DNA from: Candidatus Bathyarchaeia archaeon | GTDB taxonomy: Archaea; Thermoproteota; Bathyarchaeia; Bathyarchaeales; Bathycorpusculaceae | Direction of reading: 5' to 3' | DNA length: 64,000 nucleotides | NCBI GenBank assembly: GCA_049515895.1 | Contig: JBEKTQ010000010.1 | Span: forward strand, 1-64,000 | Part shown: positions 1 through 9,753 of the stretch, piece after piece | How positions within the stretch are numbered: the first letter of the stretch is position 1 | Layout: each line of letters begins with the position of its first letter | Program-made: the position numbers and the translations under genes | The notes under the pieces: generated by a model | Database searches by the model: none | Told to the model about the DNA's origin: nothing | Seen by the model: only the letters and a program-made list of their open reading frames with translations

Positions 1-112
1 AAGACAAACAATTGAGACATTAATCAGCGAGGAAGCCTTGCTGTTCGCAAAGTATCTGAGAAAAGCAAGATGGGATACCAAGAATAGGAATTACGCAGTC
101 GCGCTAACCTGA
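1..112 (+). CDS. 3' end of a gene entering the window; possibly a solo Cas1-like protein with a frameshifted tail
   Basis: Frame 2 reads RQTIETLISEEALLFAKYLR and stops at 112; the shifted frame reads EKQDGIPRIGITQSR* (stop 105-107). The resemblance to C-termini of Bathyarchaeia Cas1-annotated proteins is from memory. Confidence 0.4.
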   Translation, partial: RQTIETLISEEALLFAKYLRKARWDTKNRNYAVALT

Positions 113-239
113 AAACTTGCCTCAAAACCTCTTTTTGCACTTCTTAGTTAAGCCTTGGGAAATACTGTTGTTATTTGTGGTGACTTTTTTGAGGTATTTT
201 TCATAGAAAATTATGCAGGGTACGGAATTTGCAAACATT

Positions 240-650
240 CTACAGGAAGTTGCGGAGGCACTCCAAGTAATCTAAGAAAGATAGCTCCTCTTTTTTCGGG
301 GAAACCCTGAAGCGAGGGACCTTGCGTTGGAGCGTCTTCATAATTCGTGCCTCAAGAATTAAGGCGCCTTGCCCAAAGATTTGTTCCAGCGCCTTCAGGA
401 AAGCCTCAACGTGGTTAGGTATTGCTTCTCTGCTAACGCCGAAGCTGTTTTTTAGGTGAAAATATATTGCTTGTTTAGTTGAGTCGCCAAGCATGGAGAA
501 AGTGGAGTCCACCGCTCCTAAGAACAGACTATCAAAGTAAGCCTCGGATAAGTCGGCTTTTTTGTTGTTAAGACGGATTATGCATGCTGGTTCAGGGTTG
601 ATTATGACTGCTGCATCTTGGTTTCTCTGTAGTTGTGTTGGACTGTTCAT
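240..650 (-). CDS. DUF3227/NitrOD5-like protein (ORF track starts at 719)
   Basis: AVDSTFSMLGDSTKQAIYFHL...IPNHVEAFLKALEQIFGQGALILE; paralogous to 16370-16798 and 17907-18266. Confidence 0.7.
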   Translation of the reverse strand: MNSPTQLQRNQDAAVIINPEPACIIRLNNKKADLSEAYFDSLFLGAVDSTFSMLGDSTKQAIYFHLKNSFGVSREAIPNHVEAFLKALEQIFGQGALILEARIMKTLQRKVPRFRVSPKKEELSFLDYLECLRNFL

Positions 651-809
651 ATGTTGTACTTCACTACACATAACTACTATCGTAAGTCTTAATATAACTG
701 TTATTATAGGATTCGACATATTCCTAAAATCGATATATGCCCAAAATTGTACCCAATTTGGCGAAATGAAGAGATATTGTTAAGTTGGGTTTTGGGGATT
801 AAATTTTAA

Positions 810-940
810 TCCAACCAACCCAACTACTCCTCTACTACTTACCTTCTTTCTCCTATGTTCTTTCTCTTAGCTACTTAAATATCGCCCACAGAGACAGATA
901 TCACACACAGAGATACACAGATACACATCACACAGACAAA
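810..940. repeat. Low-complexity intergenic tract
   Basis: ccaaccaacc, ctactac and ttctttctc runs, then imperfect cacaga/gatacaca repeats. Confidence 0.5.
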
Positions 941-1181
941 AAGAAAAGATAGGGTATCAGCTAAGTTTTCATGGATGATAAGTCTTAAATTGTAAGTAAT
1001 CTCTAATGTGGTTCCCCGTTGTTAAAGATAAAAAGCGCGCTTTAGCTTTCACAGTACATACAAGAGAAAGGAGGTATGTAGCCTTTGAAAAGGCAGTTGT
1101 AACTTCAGATTAGCCTTCTTAGTTTTTGCTATTTGTTACTTCAGCGTTCTTGTTGGCTTTCTAGTCTTAAACCTTTCGAAC

Positions 1182-2615
1182 ATGCCTATCCAATGGGATG
1201 AAGCTGCCCATCTTGACAACGGACTTTTCCTTAAACTTGGAATGTACAAGCAATTTTCTGGTAACCTGTTTTATCCACCGCTCTATGATGCCCTAACCTA
1301 TTTGTCCTACAACATTTTTGGTGTAAGCGTTGTTTCCGCCAGAATAATCGACTCCTTCTTCTCCGTTTTGGTTCTTTGGGTAGTTTTTGAGTTCACTTAC
1401 AAAGTCTATGATGGCAAAACTGCGTTGTTAGGCTCAATTTTTTTAAGCCTAATGCCTGGCTACTTTGAAGTTTCTCACATAGCCATGCTGGACATAATGG
1501 CAACATTCTTTTTCGTTCTTTCGATCTTCTTGTTTTACCTGTGGCTACAAACCCATAAAGACAGAATGTTGATCTTTGTAGGGCTAACCGTAATCGTTGG
1601 CTTCTTAGCTAAATACCAAATTGTCGTGGCTATGCTTGTAATGCTTTCTGCCATATTGATTTTCTGTAAAAGCGAGGTCAAAAGACCTTTTTCAAGAAAA
1701 CTCTACATTGCAATAATCGCGGCGCTGTTAACAGTAGCAGCTTATCTCATCTACAGCCTTCAGTCCTACTTAGCAATGTGGCTAAACAATATTGAAATGA
1801 ACACTACAGGAAGCCAAAACATGACACCATTATACTATCTAATTGAGATGAATAGCGTATACCCCACCATTCATCCCATTTCGCTTCTGATGTATATCTT
1901 GGGCTTTCTCGGTTTGGGAGTATTTGCTATTAGGCGACAAAAGATTGACAAACTGCTTTTGATATGGTTCATTACTGTTTATGTTTTTTACACAGTAATT
2001 AGCCACAAAGGTTGGAGATACGTTCTGCCTTTGTTTCCAGTTTTGGCGGTCTCAGCGGCGGTTTTTGTTACCGTTGCATATACAGAACTGCGGAGCCTCA
2101 ACAGAAAGACTTTAGCTAAGATCAGTGCTTTACTCTTGATAGCCTTTACATGCCTATCCTTGTTCTATAGTGTAAATGACACCATTTATTGGACAAACTC
2201 TGAAAAAGCACCTTTTGCCTTAGAACAAGCCGTTAAATACGCAATAGCCCATGACAGCTCAAACCAATCGATAATGGTGCTTTGTCCTGACAACTACTTC
2301 AGTTTTGGCATAGTAGAATTTTACCTTCTCAAAGACGGAGGATCCCAAATTCAAGTGTACACTTATCCTTGGTCAAGAATTATAGATCCCTCCTTCAACA
2401 TCACGGTTCTAATTAGCCGTTGCGAGGAGTACGACGTGAAATTTCTCTTTACAACAGAATTTGGCGGGAACCATTTAGACTATTTCAACTCAGCGGTCAC
2501 CTTAATGGATATCTATGCCCAATTGTATAGCTCAAACAATTTCACTCATATAACACCTGAGCAGACTTTTGGTCAATCGCCTCTGAGCATCTACATTTTA
2601 AACTACGTAGGGTGA
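1182..2615 (+). CDS. GT-C fold membrane glycosyltransferase (ArnT/PMT-like)
   Basis: WDE motif near the N-terminus, YPPLY, GFLAKYQ, RYVLP and many TM helices; the frame continues upstream into another TM helix. Confidence 0.8.
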   Translation: MPIQWDEAAHLDNGLFLKLGMYKQFSGNLFYPPLYDALTYLSYNIFGVSVVSARIIDSFFSVLVLWVVFEFTYKVYDGKTALLGSIFLSLMPGYFEVSHIAMLDIMATFFFVLSIFLFYLWLQTHKDRMLIFVGLTVIVGFLAKYQIVVAMLVMLSAILIFCKSEVKRPFSRKLYIAIIAALLTVAAYLIYSLQSYLAMWLNNIEMNTTGSQNMTPLYYLIEMNSVYPTIHPISLLMYILGFLGLGVFAIRRQKIDKLLLIWFITVYVFYTVISHKGWRYVLPLFPVLAVSAAVFVTVAYTELRSLNRKTLAKISALLLIAFTCLSLFYSVNDTIYWTNSEKAPFALEQAVKYAIAHDSSNQSIMVLCPDNYFSFGIVEFYLLKDGGSQIQVYTYPWSRIIDPSFNITVLISRCEEYDVKFLFTTEFGGNHLDYFNSAVTLMDIYAQLYSSNNFTHITPEQTFGQSPLSIYILNYVG

Positions 2616-2717
2616 GCTGGGAGCGCGCGCCTAATAAAGGAAAGACTAGTTTCGTTGGGTGTTCTTTAAGCAGAACAGAGTGTTCTCCAAGGAGAGTAAT
2701 AAGGCGCTTTTTTAATC

Positions 2718-3680
2718 TTGACCCTATATAGTGATGCAAGAATGGCATTTGAGATAGTGAAAAGTACGGTAAAGGTGTTAATGTTATGCTTACTTGCAAC
2801 AAGTGTGCTAAGCCCAATTTTGTTGACAGGTGTAAAGGCACAAAACAGTGGAGTCACTCGGGGCTATTGGCCTTTAAGCCAAATCCAACCGAGCGGCTAC
2901 AACGTAATAACACCGGACTCAACAGGAGTAAATCCAGGCATTGTAGCAGGTACTCCTCAGCCTACGCTGGTCGATGGCAAATTTGGCAAAGCTATGCAGT
3001 TTAACGGAAACAATATCGTGTACATCCCCATAAAATTCGTAGTTGGCTTTCCTCCTATGCCCCAACCAATGTACATACCAGTCTCGCCAAACCTCGACAT
3101 TCAAAAATACGTCGATATATCAGCATGGATTAACGTCCCAGGATACAAAAACGCAACGTACAACAACATTCTTGTTAAATGCAATCATCCTGACCAAGCC
3201 TGCGCCTGGCAGAACACAACAAGAATTCTCGGCTTAGCTATAAGAGCGGGCATACCTGAAAACGACATAGTTCAAGGAGCACTTAGCGGTTTCGTGTTAA
3301 CTGACAGCGGAGGATTCAACGAGATAGTGACAACCCAGCCGGTTCCTCTAAACCAGTGGGTTGAGGTAGAATTCACACGAGATTCCACAGGCATGCACCT
3401 CTACCTTAACGGTTACGAACAAAGCGTCAACGTGGTTCAAGGCGTTCAAAACCCACAAGGCAACATCACTAACGGAACAGAATACTACATTGGACATGAT
3501 GGATTCGCAACCATTCAAGACGTGCGCATTATCGATTTAGATCCGCCGCAAATTGCGGAAGCAGCGTTTGACATCGGATCAAACATAATGATTCTGACAA
3601 TAGTGGTGGCTGTGATTGTTGCAGTAGCGTGGGTGTTGCGTAGAGTGATTCAATTATGGCTAATTCGACCCAAACTCTAG
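2718..3680 (+). CDS. Membrane-anchored LamG/ConA-like jelly-roll protein
   Basis: Signal peptide, GYWPL, GKFGKAMQFNG, ISAWIN, LNQWV, LYLNG, C-terminal TM helix. Confidence 0.75.
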   Translation: MTLYSDARMAFEIVKSTVKVLMLCLLATSVLSPILLTGVKAQNSGVTRGYWPLSQIQPSGYNVITPDSTGVNPGIVAGTPQPTLVDGKFGKAMQFNGNNIVYIPIKFVVGFPPMPQPMYIPVSPNLDIQKYVDISAWINVPGYKNATYNNILVKCNHPDQACAWQNTTRILGLAIRAGIPENDIVQGALSGFVLTDSGGFNEIVTTQPVPLNQWVEVEFTRDSTGMHLYLNGYEQSVNVVQGVQNPQGNITNGTEYYIGHDGFATIQDVRIIDLDPPQIAEAAFDIGSNIMILTIVVAVIVAVAWVLRRVIQLWLIRPKL

Positions 3681-3715
3681 ATTCTCCAAAACTTGGAAGA
3701 GACGGTGAGGGTTGA

Positions 3716-4888
3716 TTGGGGACCGGACTTAAACTCCTTGAACTGATGCTTCGCCAAAAACTCTTAGGCAAGGGTTTGGAAGGAGAATCCAACACCCCCC
3801 TTATTGTATCGTACGCTGTAACTAAAGCCTGCAATCTTCGATGCCTTCACTGCCACGTTTCAGCAAAAGAAGCCATGCCAAACGAGCTTAACGTTAGAGA
3901 AGCAATGCACGCCATAGATGAGATGGCAAATCTTGGAACCGAAGCTTTGATTTTCAGCGGCGGCGAGCCTCTTCTCAGAAAAGACTTCGTTTTGACACTT
4001 GCCGAATACTGCGACAACGTCGGAATTATGACAGCTATGCTTTCAAATGGGGTCTTAATCAACCATAAAGTAGCCTTGGAACTAAAAGACGCAGGAATTA
4101 AAGCAATAGGTATACCGATTGACTCAATTAACCCTGAAAGCCACGACAAACTTAGAAATGTACCAGGCACCTTCAAAAAAGCAGTAGCAGCAATCCAAGC
4201 CTGCTTAGACATTGACCTAGAAGTGGTCGTCACCACAATGGCGTTGAAAGACACGTTTAACGAGATGCCGAAGAGAATAGAGTTTTTAGCTAACTTAGGC
4301 GTGGACCAGTTTGCCGTTTACGACCTAGTTCCAGTTGGGCGAGGAAGAGACATAATGGATCAGGCGATGACTCAAGAGCAACGAGTACGCCTAATACGGT
4401 ACCTGCAAGCAATGCAGGAAGAAACAGAAATGGTTTTCACCATGTCCGGGGGAGAACCGCTTTATCCAGAAATTGCCCTGGAAATGCACAAATCACATGG
4501 CACAAAACCCAAAGACTTACTATTGAAAGAGTTCTGGATACATAACTCAGTCGGATGCCATGCAGGCATATTATACTTCAGTTTAAGACCGGATGGAGAT
4601 ATTTACCCGTGCACTTTTTTGCCAATTAAAGCCGGAAACGTTCACGAGCAAAGCCTAACTGATATTTGGCGCAACTCAAAAATCCTCAACAATCTCAGGC
4701 AGAGAAAAGCGTTGAAAGGAGAATGTGGAACCTGCGAATATAGGGAGACCTGCGGTGGATGCAGAGGCAGAGCCTATGCCTGTACAGGAGACTATTTGGA
4801 GACTGATCCTGTTTGTTTGCGTGACTTGATGGTGAAAGAGAATGTTTACCCGAATAATGTGAAGCGTTTCGGATGGTGCGTTGGGTGA
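3716..4888 (+). CDS. Radical SAM/SPASM protein (NirJ/AhbD-like)
   Basis: CNLRCLHC, SGGEPL and SPASM cysteines GCHAG...YPC...CGTC...CGGCRGRA...DPVC. Confidence 0.85.
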   Translation: MGTGLKLLELMLRQKLLGKGLEGESNTPLIVSYAVTKACNLRCLHCHVSAKEAMPNELNVREAMHAIDEMANLGTEALIFSGGEPLLRKDFVLTLAEYCDNVGIMTAMLSNGVLINHKVALELKDAGIKAIGIPIDSINPESHDKLRNVPGTFKKAVAAIQACLDIDLEVVVTTMALKDTFNEMPKRIEFLANLGVDQFAVYDLVPVGRGRDIMDQAMTQEQRVRLIRYLQAMQEETEMVFTMSGGEPLYPEIALEMHKSHGTKPKDLLLKEFWIHNSVGCHAGILYFSLRPDGDIYPCTFLPIKAGNVHEQSLTDIWRNSKILNNLRQRKALKGECGTCEYRETCGGCRGRAYACTGDYLETDPVCLRDLMVKENVYPNNVKRFGWCVG

Positions 4889-5244
4889 AGTGGTATTTTT
4901 GGGCTGGAGTAGCCATCCTAGTAGTTTTGAGGGTTTCCGCATTGATTCCTGCACATGTAACTGAACCAAACTTTCTTGGGTACTATTCGTTCGATCCGCT
5001 TGCACCTGTATTCGCAATTTTACTCTGGGTTGGTGCTGGGGCCATCACTGGTTTGGAAAAGAAAAAGGAAAGAAACTGTAATTCTCCACAGGCTTACCTG
5101 ATGCATAGGCGAGATCCAAAGCAAGGCTTCACCGAAAAACGCGTTATTTCAGATATTGTTTTTTGTCGTTTAGCGCCCGCGAGGGAGAGCCTGACCCTGC
5201 GCCTTAAACAGTCTGCTGCACCCATTTGCCTTCGCGCGTGCTAA
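4885..5244 (+). CDS. Small membrane protein
   Basis: GTG start overlaps the radical SAM stop (GTGA); two hydrophobic segments; the 3' half may be non-coding read-through. Confidence 0.45.
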   Translation: MKWYFWAGVAILVVLRVSALIPAHVTEPNFLGYYSFDPLAPVFAILLWVGAGAITGLEKKKERNCNSPQAYLMHRRDPKQGFTEKRVISDIVFCRLAPARESLTLRLKQSAAPICLRAC

Positions 5245-5253
5245 CGGCAGTGC

Positions 5254-6360
5254 TCATGTGGTTTCGGTAGAAGCTTCTACTATCTTCTTAATCTCTGCGT
5301 TTAGAATGTCCGGCAGTCCAAGTATCCCTACATCCATGAAACCACGTATAATCACCGAAACGGCTTGATCGCGTGACAATTTTCGTGTCATGAGATAAGT
5401 AATTTCTTTTTCTGAGATTTTTCCCACCGCCGCCTCATGAGTTATCTCGACCCCTTTCCTTTTGGCGATGAGCTCGGGAATAGACTGCATAAACGATTCA
5501 TCATCCATCAGTAAGCCGCGGCATTCCAAGTGTCCCTTGCAGTCGTTGCTGTCCCCTTCTATCATGCCTCGGATGATCATTTTTGAGCCCTCACGAGAAA
5601 TGGCGCGGCTAATCATCTCTGCCTTGCTTCCTTTTCCAGTGAGAAAAGCTTTCGTTCCAATGTCCAGCTGCGAGTTTTTGTATCCGTACAATATGCTGTT
5701 GAAGCTCGCCCGTGAGTCCTCTCCTTTGCAGTACGCCACAGGATACATTTGAATGTCCCTGACGGGGCGCATGCACACGTAGTTCGACACGAATGTTGCC
5801 TTGTCAGCTATTTCGGTTGCGCTTCTCGGTCGGACAAGGGTGGTCTCGCTCCATTGATGAATCATCGTGAAGTTGAGCATAGCGCCTTTTTTGACGTAGA
5901 TTTCGGATATGCCCATGTGCGATGCATTTTTAACCGTTGAGTGTTGAAGGCAACTGGTTATTATGTGTGCGTTTGAGCCTTTCTCAGCAATTATGATGTT
6001 GTGCACTCGCTGTTCCAGATTCTTCTGCGAGATCATCATGCATGATTGAAGAGGAAAGGCCACTTCGGCGCCAGGAAGAATCCGCATAAAGTAACCTCCG
6101 CTGTAGTCTTCAGCTACTTTTTTAGTGTACTCGTCCTTGTTTTTGTCAACGATTTTCCACATATAATTGTCGAGCCAAGAGTACTTTTTCAGGGCTGTCT
6201 TGATATCCAACAGCTCGATTTTCCTTTCGAAAACTTGGTTGACCGTTGCTTGGACAGTTGTTTGATCCAAGTGGAAATATGTGCCTGAACGGTTTTTTTC
6301 GTTTGATTCAATGCCGGCCTTCTGTGCTTCTTCAAGAATCTTATGTGGTACTTTTTTCAA
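5254..6360 (-). CDS. sufB: Fe-S assembly scaffold SufB-like (SmsB type)
   Basis: GHLECRGL, THEAAVGKI, YLMTR, IIRGF. Confidence 0.9.
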   Translation of the reverse strand: MKKVPHKILEEAQKAGIESNEKNRSGTYFHLDQTTVQATVNQVFERKIELLDIKTALKKYSWLDNYMWKIVDKNKDEYTKKVAEDYSGGYFMRILPGAEVAFPLQSCMMISQKNLEQRVHNIIIAEKGSNAHIITSCLQHSTVKNASHMGISEIYVKKGAMLNFTMIHQWSETTLVRPRSATEIADKATFVSNYVCMRPVRDIQMYPVAYCKGEDSRASFNSILYGYKNSQLDIGTKAFLTGKGSKAEMISRAISREGSKMIIRGMIEGDSNDCKGHLECRGLLMDDESFMQSIPELIAKRKGVEITHEAAVGKISEKEITYLMTRKLSRDQAVSVIIRGFMDVGILGLPDILNAEIKKIVEASTETT

Positions 6361-6361
6361 T

Positions 6362-7138
6362 TCACTTTCTACTGTCAGTTTTCCAGCCTCCGACTTCTCT
6401 TCTTCCGCAGGCTACGCATTCCTCGTAACCTACCTTTTTAATGTCCTCATAGATTTTCATGGGGTGAGTGTAACAGTGAAACTGCCCATCCAGAAGAATA
6501 AACCCGTATTTCGCTTTGATATACTCAAGTATATCGCCTTTGTGAGTTATCACTAAAGCTGAGCTTCCGCTGCTTTCCACGTAGCGTTCAATTTCAGTTG
6601 CAATCAGCTTCAGGCTTTCTACATCTACGCCCGAGTCAGGTTCGTCCAGAAGAAGGAGTTTGGGCTTAAGGAAAATCAGCTGAAGAATTTCAGAGCGTTT
6701 CTTTTCGCCGCCGGAGAAGCCGACGTTGAGGTCCCTGTTTAAGAAGTCGGTTAATCTGAAGGCTTCAATAAGTTTTTGTTCTTCTTTGCTGAACGCCTCG
6801 TCTGTTTTCTTGCCAAGACAAAGTTTCAACAGGTCTGTGAGCTTCACGCCGGTGATTTCTGGGGGATTTTGAAAGCTAACAGTAATGCCGAGCTTTGCCC
6901 TTTCCTCCACAGTTTTGGTCGTAATGTCGGTTCCATTGAACAAGATTGTTCCGGAAGCTGGTTCGTATGTGGGAAGACCCATAATTGCACTTATGAGAGT
7001 TGTTTTGCCGGAACCATTCGGTCCGAAAAGAACGTAATTCTCCCCGCTTTTAAGGCTGAATGTCACTCCTTTGAGGATAGGCTTTCCTTCAACATTGACG
7101 GTTAAACCTTTGACTTCGAGAATATCCATAACAATCAA
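6362..7138 (-). CDS. sufC: Fe-S assembly ATPase SufC-like (SmsC type)
   Basis: GPNGSGKTT, FSGGEKKRSE, LDEPDSGVD and a C-terminal CVAC. Confidence 0.9.
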   Translation of the reverse strand: MIVMDILEVKGLTVNVEGKPILKGVTFSLKSGENYVLFGPNGSGKTTLISAIMGLPTYEPASGTILFNGTDITTKTVEERAKLGITVSFQNPPEITGVKLTDLLKLCLGKKTDEAFSKEEQKLIEAFRLTDFLNRDLNVGFSGGEKKRSEILQLIFLKPKLLLLDEPDSGVDVESLKLIATEIERYVESSGSSALVITHKGDILEYIKAKYGFILLDGQFHCYTHPMKIYEDIKKVGYEECVACGRREVGGWKTDSRK

Positions 7139-7349
7139 ACACCTTTCTTTTGGAATAGAAAATAAACCTTTTGGATGGATACAGTTGACCCCGTTTTTTC
7201 AGCACCGACCCCGAGCTTTATGCTCAGTGGGTTGGGCCCGTATGCATCACGACGAAGCGTTAAGCTGTCCTCGACGGTAAAATGTGTTCCTGAAGAAAAA
7301 TAGATATTCTAGGCTACGCCGATGAATCAGTTAGAAAGATGCGGTGTAA

Positions 7350-7979
7350 ATGACTCTTTCCGAGGAAATAGGCGCTTGCCAAGAATGCAGAAGTCTGTTA
7401 AGCTATGGCAGACTTGAAACCGATGACAAGCCTTACTTAGTTTTCACAGTTGATAAAGACTGGAAACCGCCTAATGGAATTGTTAATGTCCTGTTTATCG
7501 CCGAGTCCCCGCCTTGGGATAGGATTGCCAAGCAGCCATACTTTTACAATGTTAGTGACGAAAGAAATGCAGGTTTAAGAAAAGAAGTGCTTAAACATCT
7601 CAACTTTGGGCATCTTGAAGAATTCAGAGATAAAGGCTACTTCCTAATAGACGCAATTAAATGTAGGCTAAACAAGAAAGACAGGTCAAACATTCCGTTA
7701 GCGGTTTTGGAAACGTGCAGCACAAAATTCTTGGGTCGAGAAATTAGTGTTCTCAGGCCAAAAGTCATATTTGTTCTTGTCAATTCAGCAAAAATGGCGT
7801 TGCAGGGATTGCACGGTATTTCCGAGTTCTCAGATTTCAAAGAACTAATAAACCACAATGTAACAGATGAGTTCGACAAAATGCTTTGTGGCTACAGAGT
7901 AATCCTTTGTGTTTATCCTGGAGGACAAACTAGAAAGTATAAGCTCAGAATCAGACGTTCCTTTTCCAAAATAGCTTAA
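7350..7979 (+). CDS. Uracil-DNA glycosylase superfamily protein
   Basis: VLFIAESPP, YFY, DAIKC, C-x5-REI, RPKVIF, YP. Confidence 0.65.
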   Translation: MTLSEEIGACQECRSLLSYGRLETDDKPYLVFTVDKDWKPPNGIVNVLFIAESPPWDRIAKQPYFYNVSDERNAGLRKEVLKHLNFGHLEEFRDKGYFLIDAIKCRLNKKDRSNIPLAVLETCSTKFLGREISVLRPKVIFVLVNSAKMALQGLHGISEFSDFKELINHNVTDEFDKMLCGYRVILCVYPGGQTRKYKLRIRRSFSKIA

Positions 7980-7990
7980 ATGTTAAAGTA

Positions 7991-8620
7991 ATGGTCGTGG
8001 CGATGGTCAAATCAACTAAAACTCAGCGTTTAAGAGAAAAAATGCTTGCATCTCTAAAGGAGTCAAAGCAAAAGACACTAGACAATCTACCAGTCGTACC
8101 CCAGGAAGAAAATGCCAAAACCGTTAAATCTGCTCAAAAAAAGCAGATCGTCATCACCGAAATAGACACGGTAACGAAAGAGGATGAGTTGCATCTCAAG
8201 GTCGGTTTCAAGCTGATTCCTTCAAAAGCTGACTTTTCAAAGTTAATTTCAGACTTGTTTTTCGATGAACAGAAACTGCCGAACTCCGCCATAATCACTA
8301 TACCTGAGAGCCCGCTTGCAAAAGACGATTTCGAGTTGACACCCGTGATTAACATGAAGGAAATAAACGCTGGACACCACACCATAAGAGTCGAAATGTA
8401 TGACCTGTGGAATTCCCAAGAAAAACTTTCGTTTAGCTCCAAAGAGGTTTCTGTGGAATATGTTCCTCAGACCAAAGAATCCAGGCTAATCAAAATCCCA
8501 TTCGTTAAACACTTTGGAGGCGTGGATTTAGATGTTGTTTCTGTAGCTGACAAAAACATTTACCGTGACATTGAAGAAACAACGAAAAAGGAATCAGTCA
8601 GCAAACGAGAGGAATGGTAG
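7991..8620 (+). CDS. Hypothetical protein (beta-rich core)
   Basis: 209-aa ORF directly downstream of the UDG-like gene. Confidence 0.6.
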   Translation: MVVAMVKSTKTQRLREKMLASLKESKQKTLDNLPVVPQEENAKTVKSAQKKQIVITEIDTVTKEDELHLKVGFKLIPSKADFSKLISDLFFDEQKLPNSAIITIPESPLAKDDFELTPVINMKEINAGHHTIRVEMYDLWNSQEKLSFSSKEVSVEYVPQTKESRLIKIPFVKHFGGVDLDVVSVADKNIYRDIEETTKKESVSKREEW

Positions 8621-8952
8621 TATTCTTCATAATGGTTTTCTTTTCCCAATTTTGGCAAATGAACTTTATTGCTTATCTTTTTGAATAAGGCTGCACAACA
8701 GTTTCACACCTCACTTTTTCAAGAAACTTGTCGATCCTATTTCGGTCATTATCCGAAAATACATTTTTTTTGCTCAAATGGAACCCTGGTAGTGCAATAA
8801 GATAAGGTTTCCTTTTAGGCTTTGTTGATCACCTTTCTTTATATAGAATCACGTCCGGTGGGATGCGCTTAAACTATTAAGCGAATACTATGTTAGCATA
8901 AAAGGTTCTTCTCTTTTTAAGGTGCGCGCTGAAAAAGAAGTAAACTTGAGAG

Positions 8953-9366
8953 CTATGAATGCGTGTGGCTTAATTGATGTGGGAGTTCTCGCTTGAATTC
9001 GGTTATGCGTGTTTGCACGATTGCAATCAGTTCTTTTCGTAGATCCTCATCTTTGAGCGTTAAACTTATGGAGTTTAATCTTTTAGCTAACTCCTCGTCG
9101 CCTAGGGTTGTTTTTACCCATTTTTGGAAGTCGCCTCGTTGAAGATGAAAATTCAACGAGTCAGCTGGAACAGTTTGAAGTTTCTTTTCGAATAAATCAA
9201 GGCTTGTTGCTGTTTCATTGGTGAATTTGCCTGGCGCTATGTAGAAATGGAATCCCTTTTCGTATGGTACGGTTCTTAGGATCTCCATTATTTTTTTGTT
9301 TAGTTCAAGCCGTTTGTACTCTTGGGTTCTATAAGTGCGTGTTGACATAACAAAACTCCGAATCAT
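8953..9366 (-). CDS. DUF5752-like protein
   Basis: LRTVPYEKGFHFY, ATSL, FHLQRGDFQKWV, LGDEELA. Confidence 0.7.
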   Translation of the reverse strand: MIRSFVMSTRTYRTQEYKRLELNKKIMEILRTVPYEKGFHFYIAPGKFTNETATSLDLFEKKLQTVPADSLNFHLQRGDFQKWVKTTLGDEELAKRLNSISLTLKDEDLRKELIAIVQTRITEFKRELPHQLSHTHS

Positions 9367-9516
9367 TATTTGACATTGTCAGATATATCTGTGATGTTGA
9401 TTGTTTATTAGGTTCTTTCACGTATGACAAAGAATTCTTTATATTGTCACTTCTTTGCAATCACAATTATTTAAGTATTTAATTCAGCAAATATCTTGTG
9501 AATAGGGTTAATTTGT

Positions 9517-9753
9517 ATGGATTTTGCTGAAGCTGTAGAGTTCTCGAAGAAATTTCGCACTTGCAATCCAAAGGTGTTCAAAGGTTTTATTGAGTGGGGT
9601 ATTTGTGATGCTGAAACGGATGGCTATGTAGTTCTTGCTGACGCCACTCTAGCTAGAAAGTCGTATTTTAGCGAATTAGAAGATTACGTTAAGAGTCATA
9701 AATTGAGAATAGATTTCGGTGAAGATTATTTGATGGTTTCTACGCTTTGTTAA
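9517..9753 (+). CDS. Small hypothetical protein
   Basis: 78-aa ORF preceded by a TATA-like AT-rich segment. Confidence 0.5.
   Translation: MDFAEAVEFSKKFRTCNPKVFKGFIEWGICDAETDGYVVLADATLARKSYFSELEDYVKSHKLRIDFGEDYLMVSTLC

Noticed and set aside
810-940. CA/GA-rich repeats as a functional array
   Set aside because: Irregular low-complexity sequence with no constant unit.
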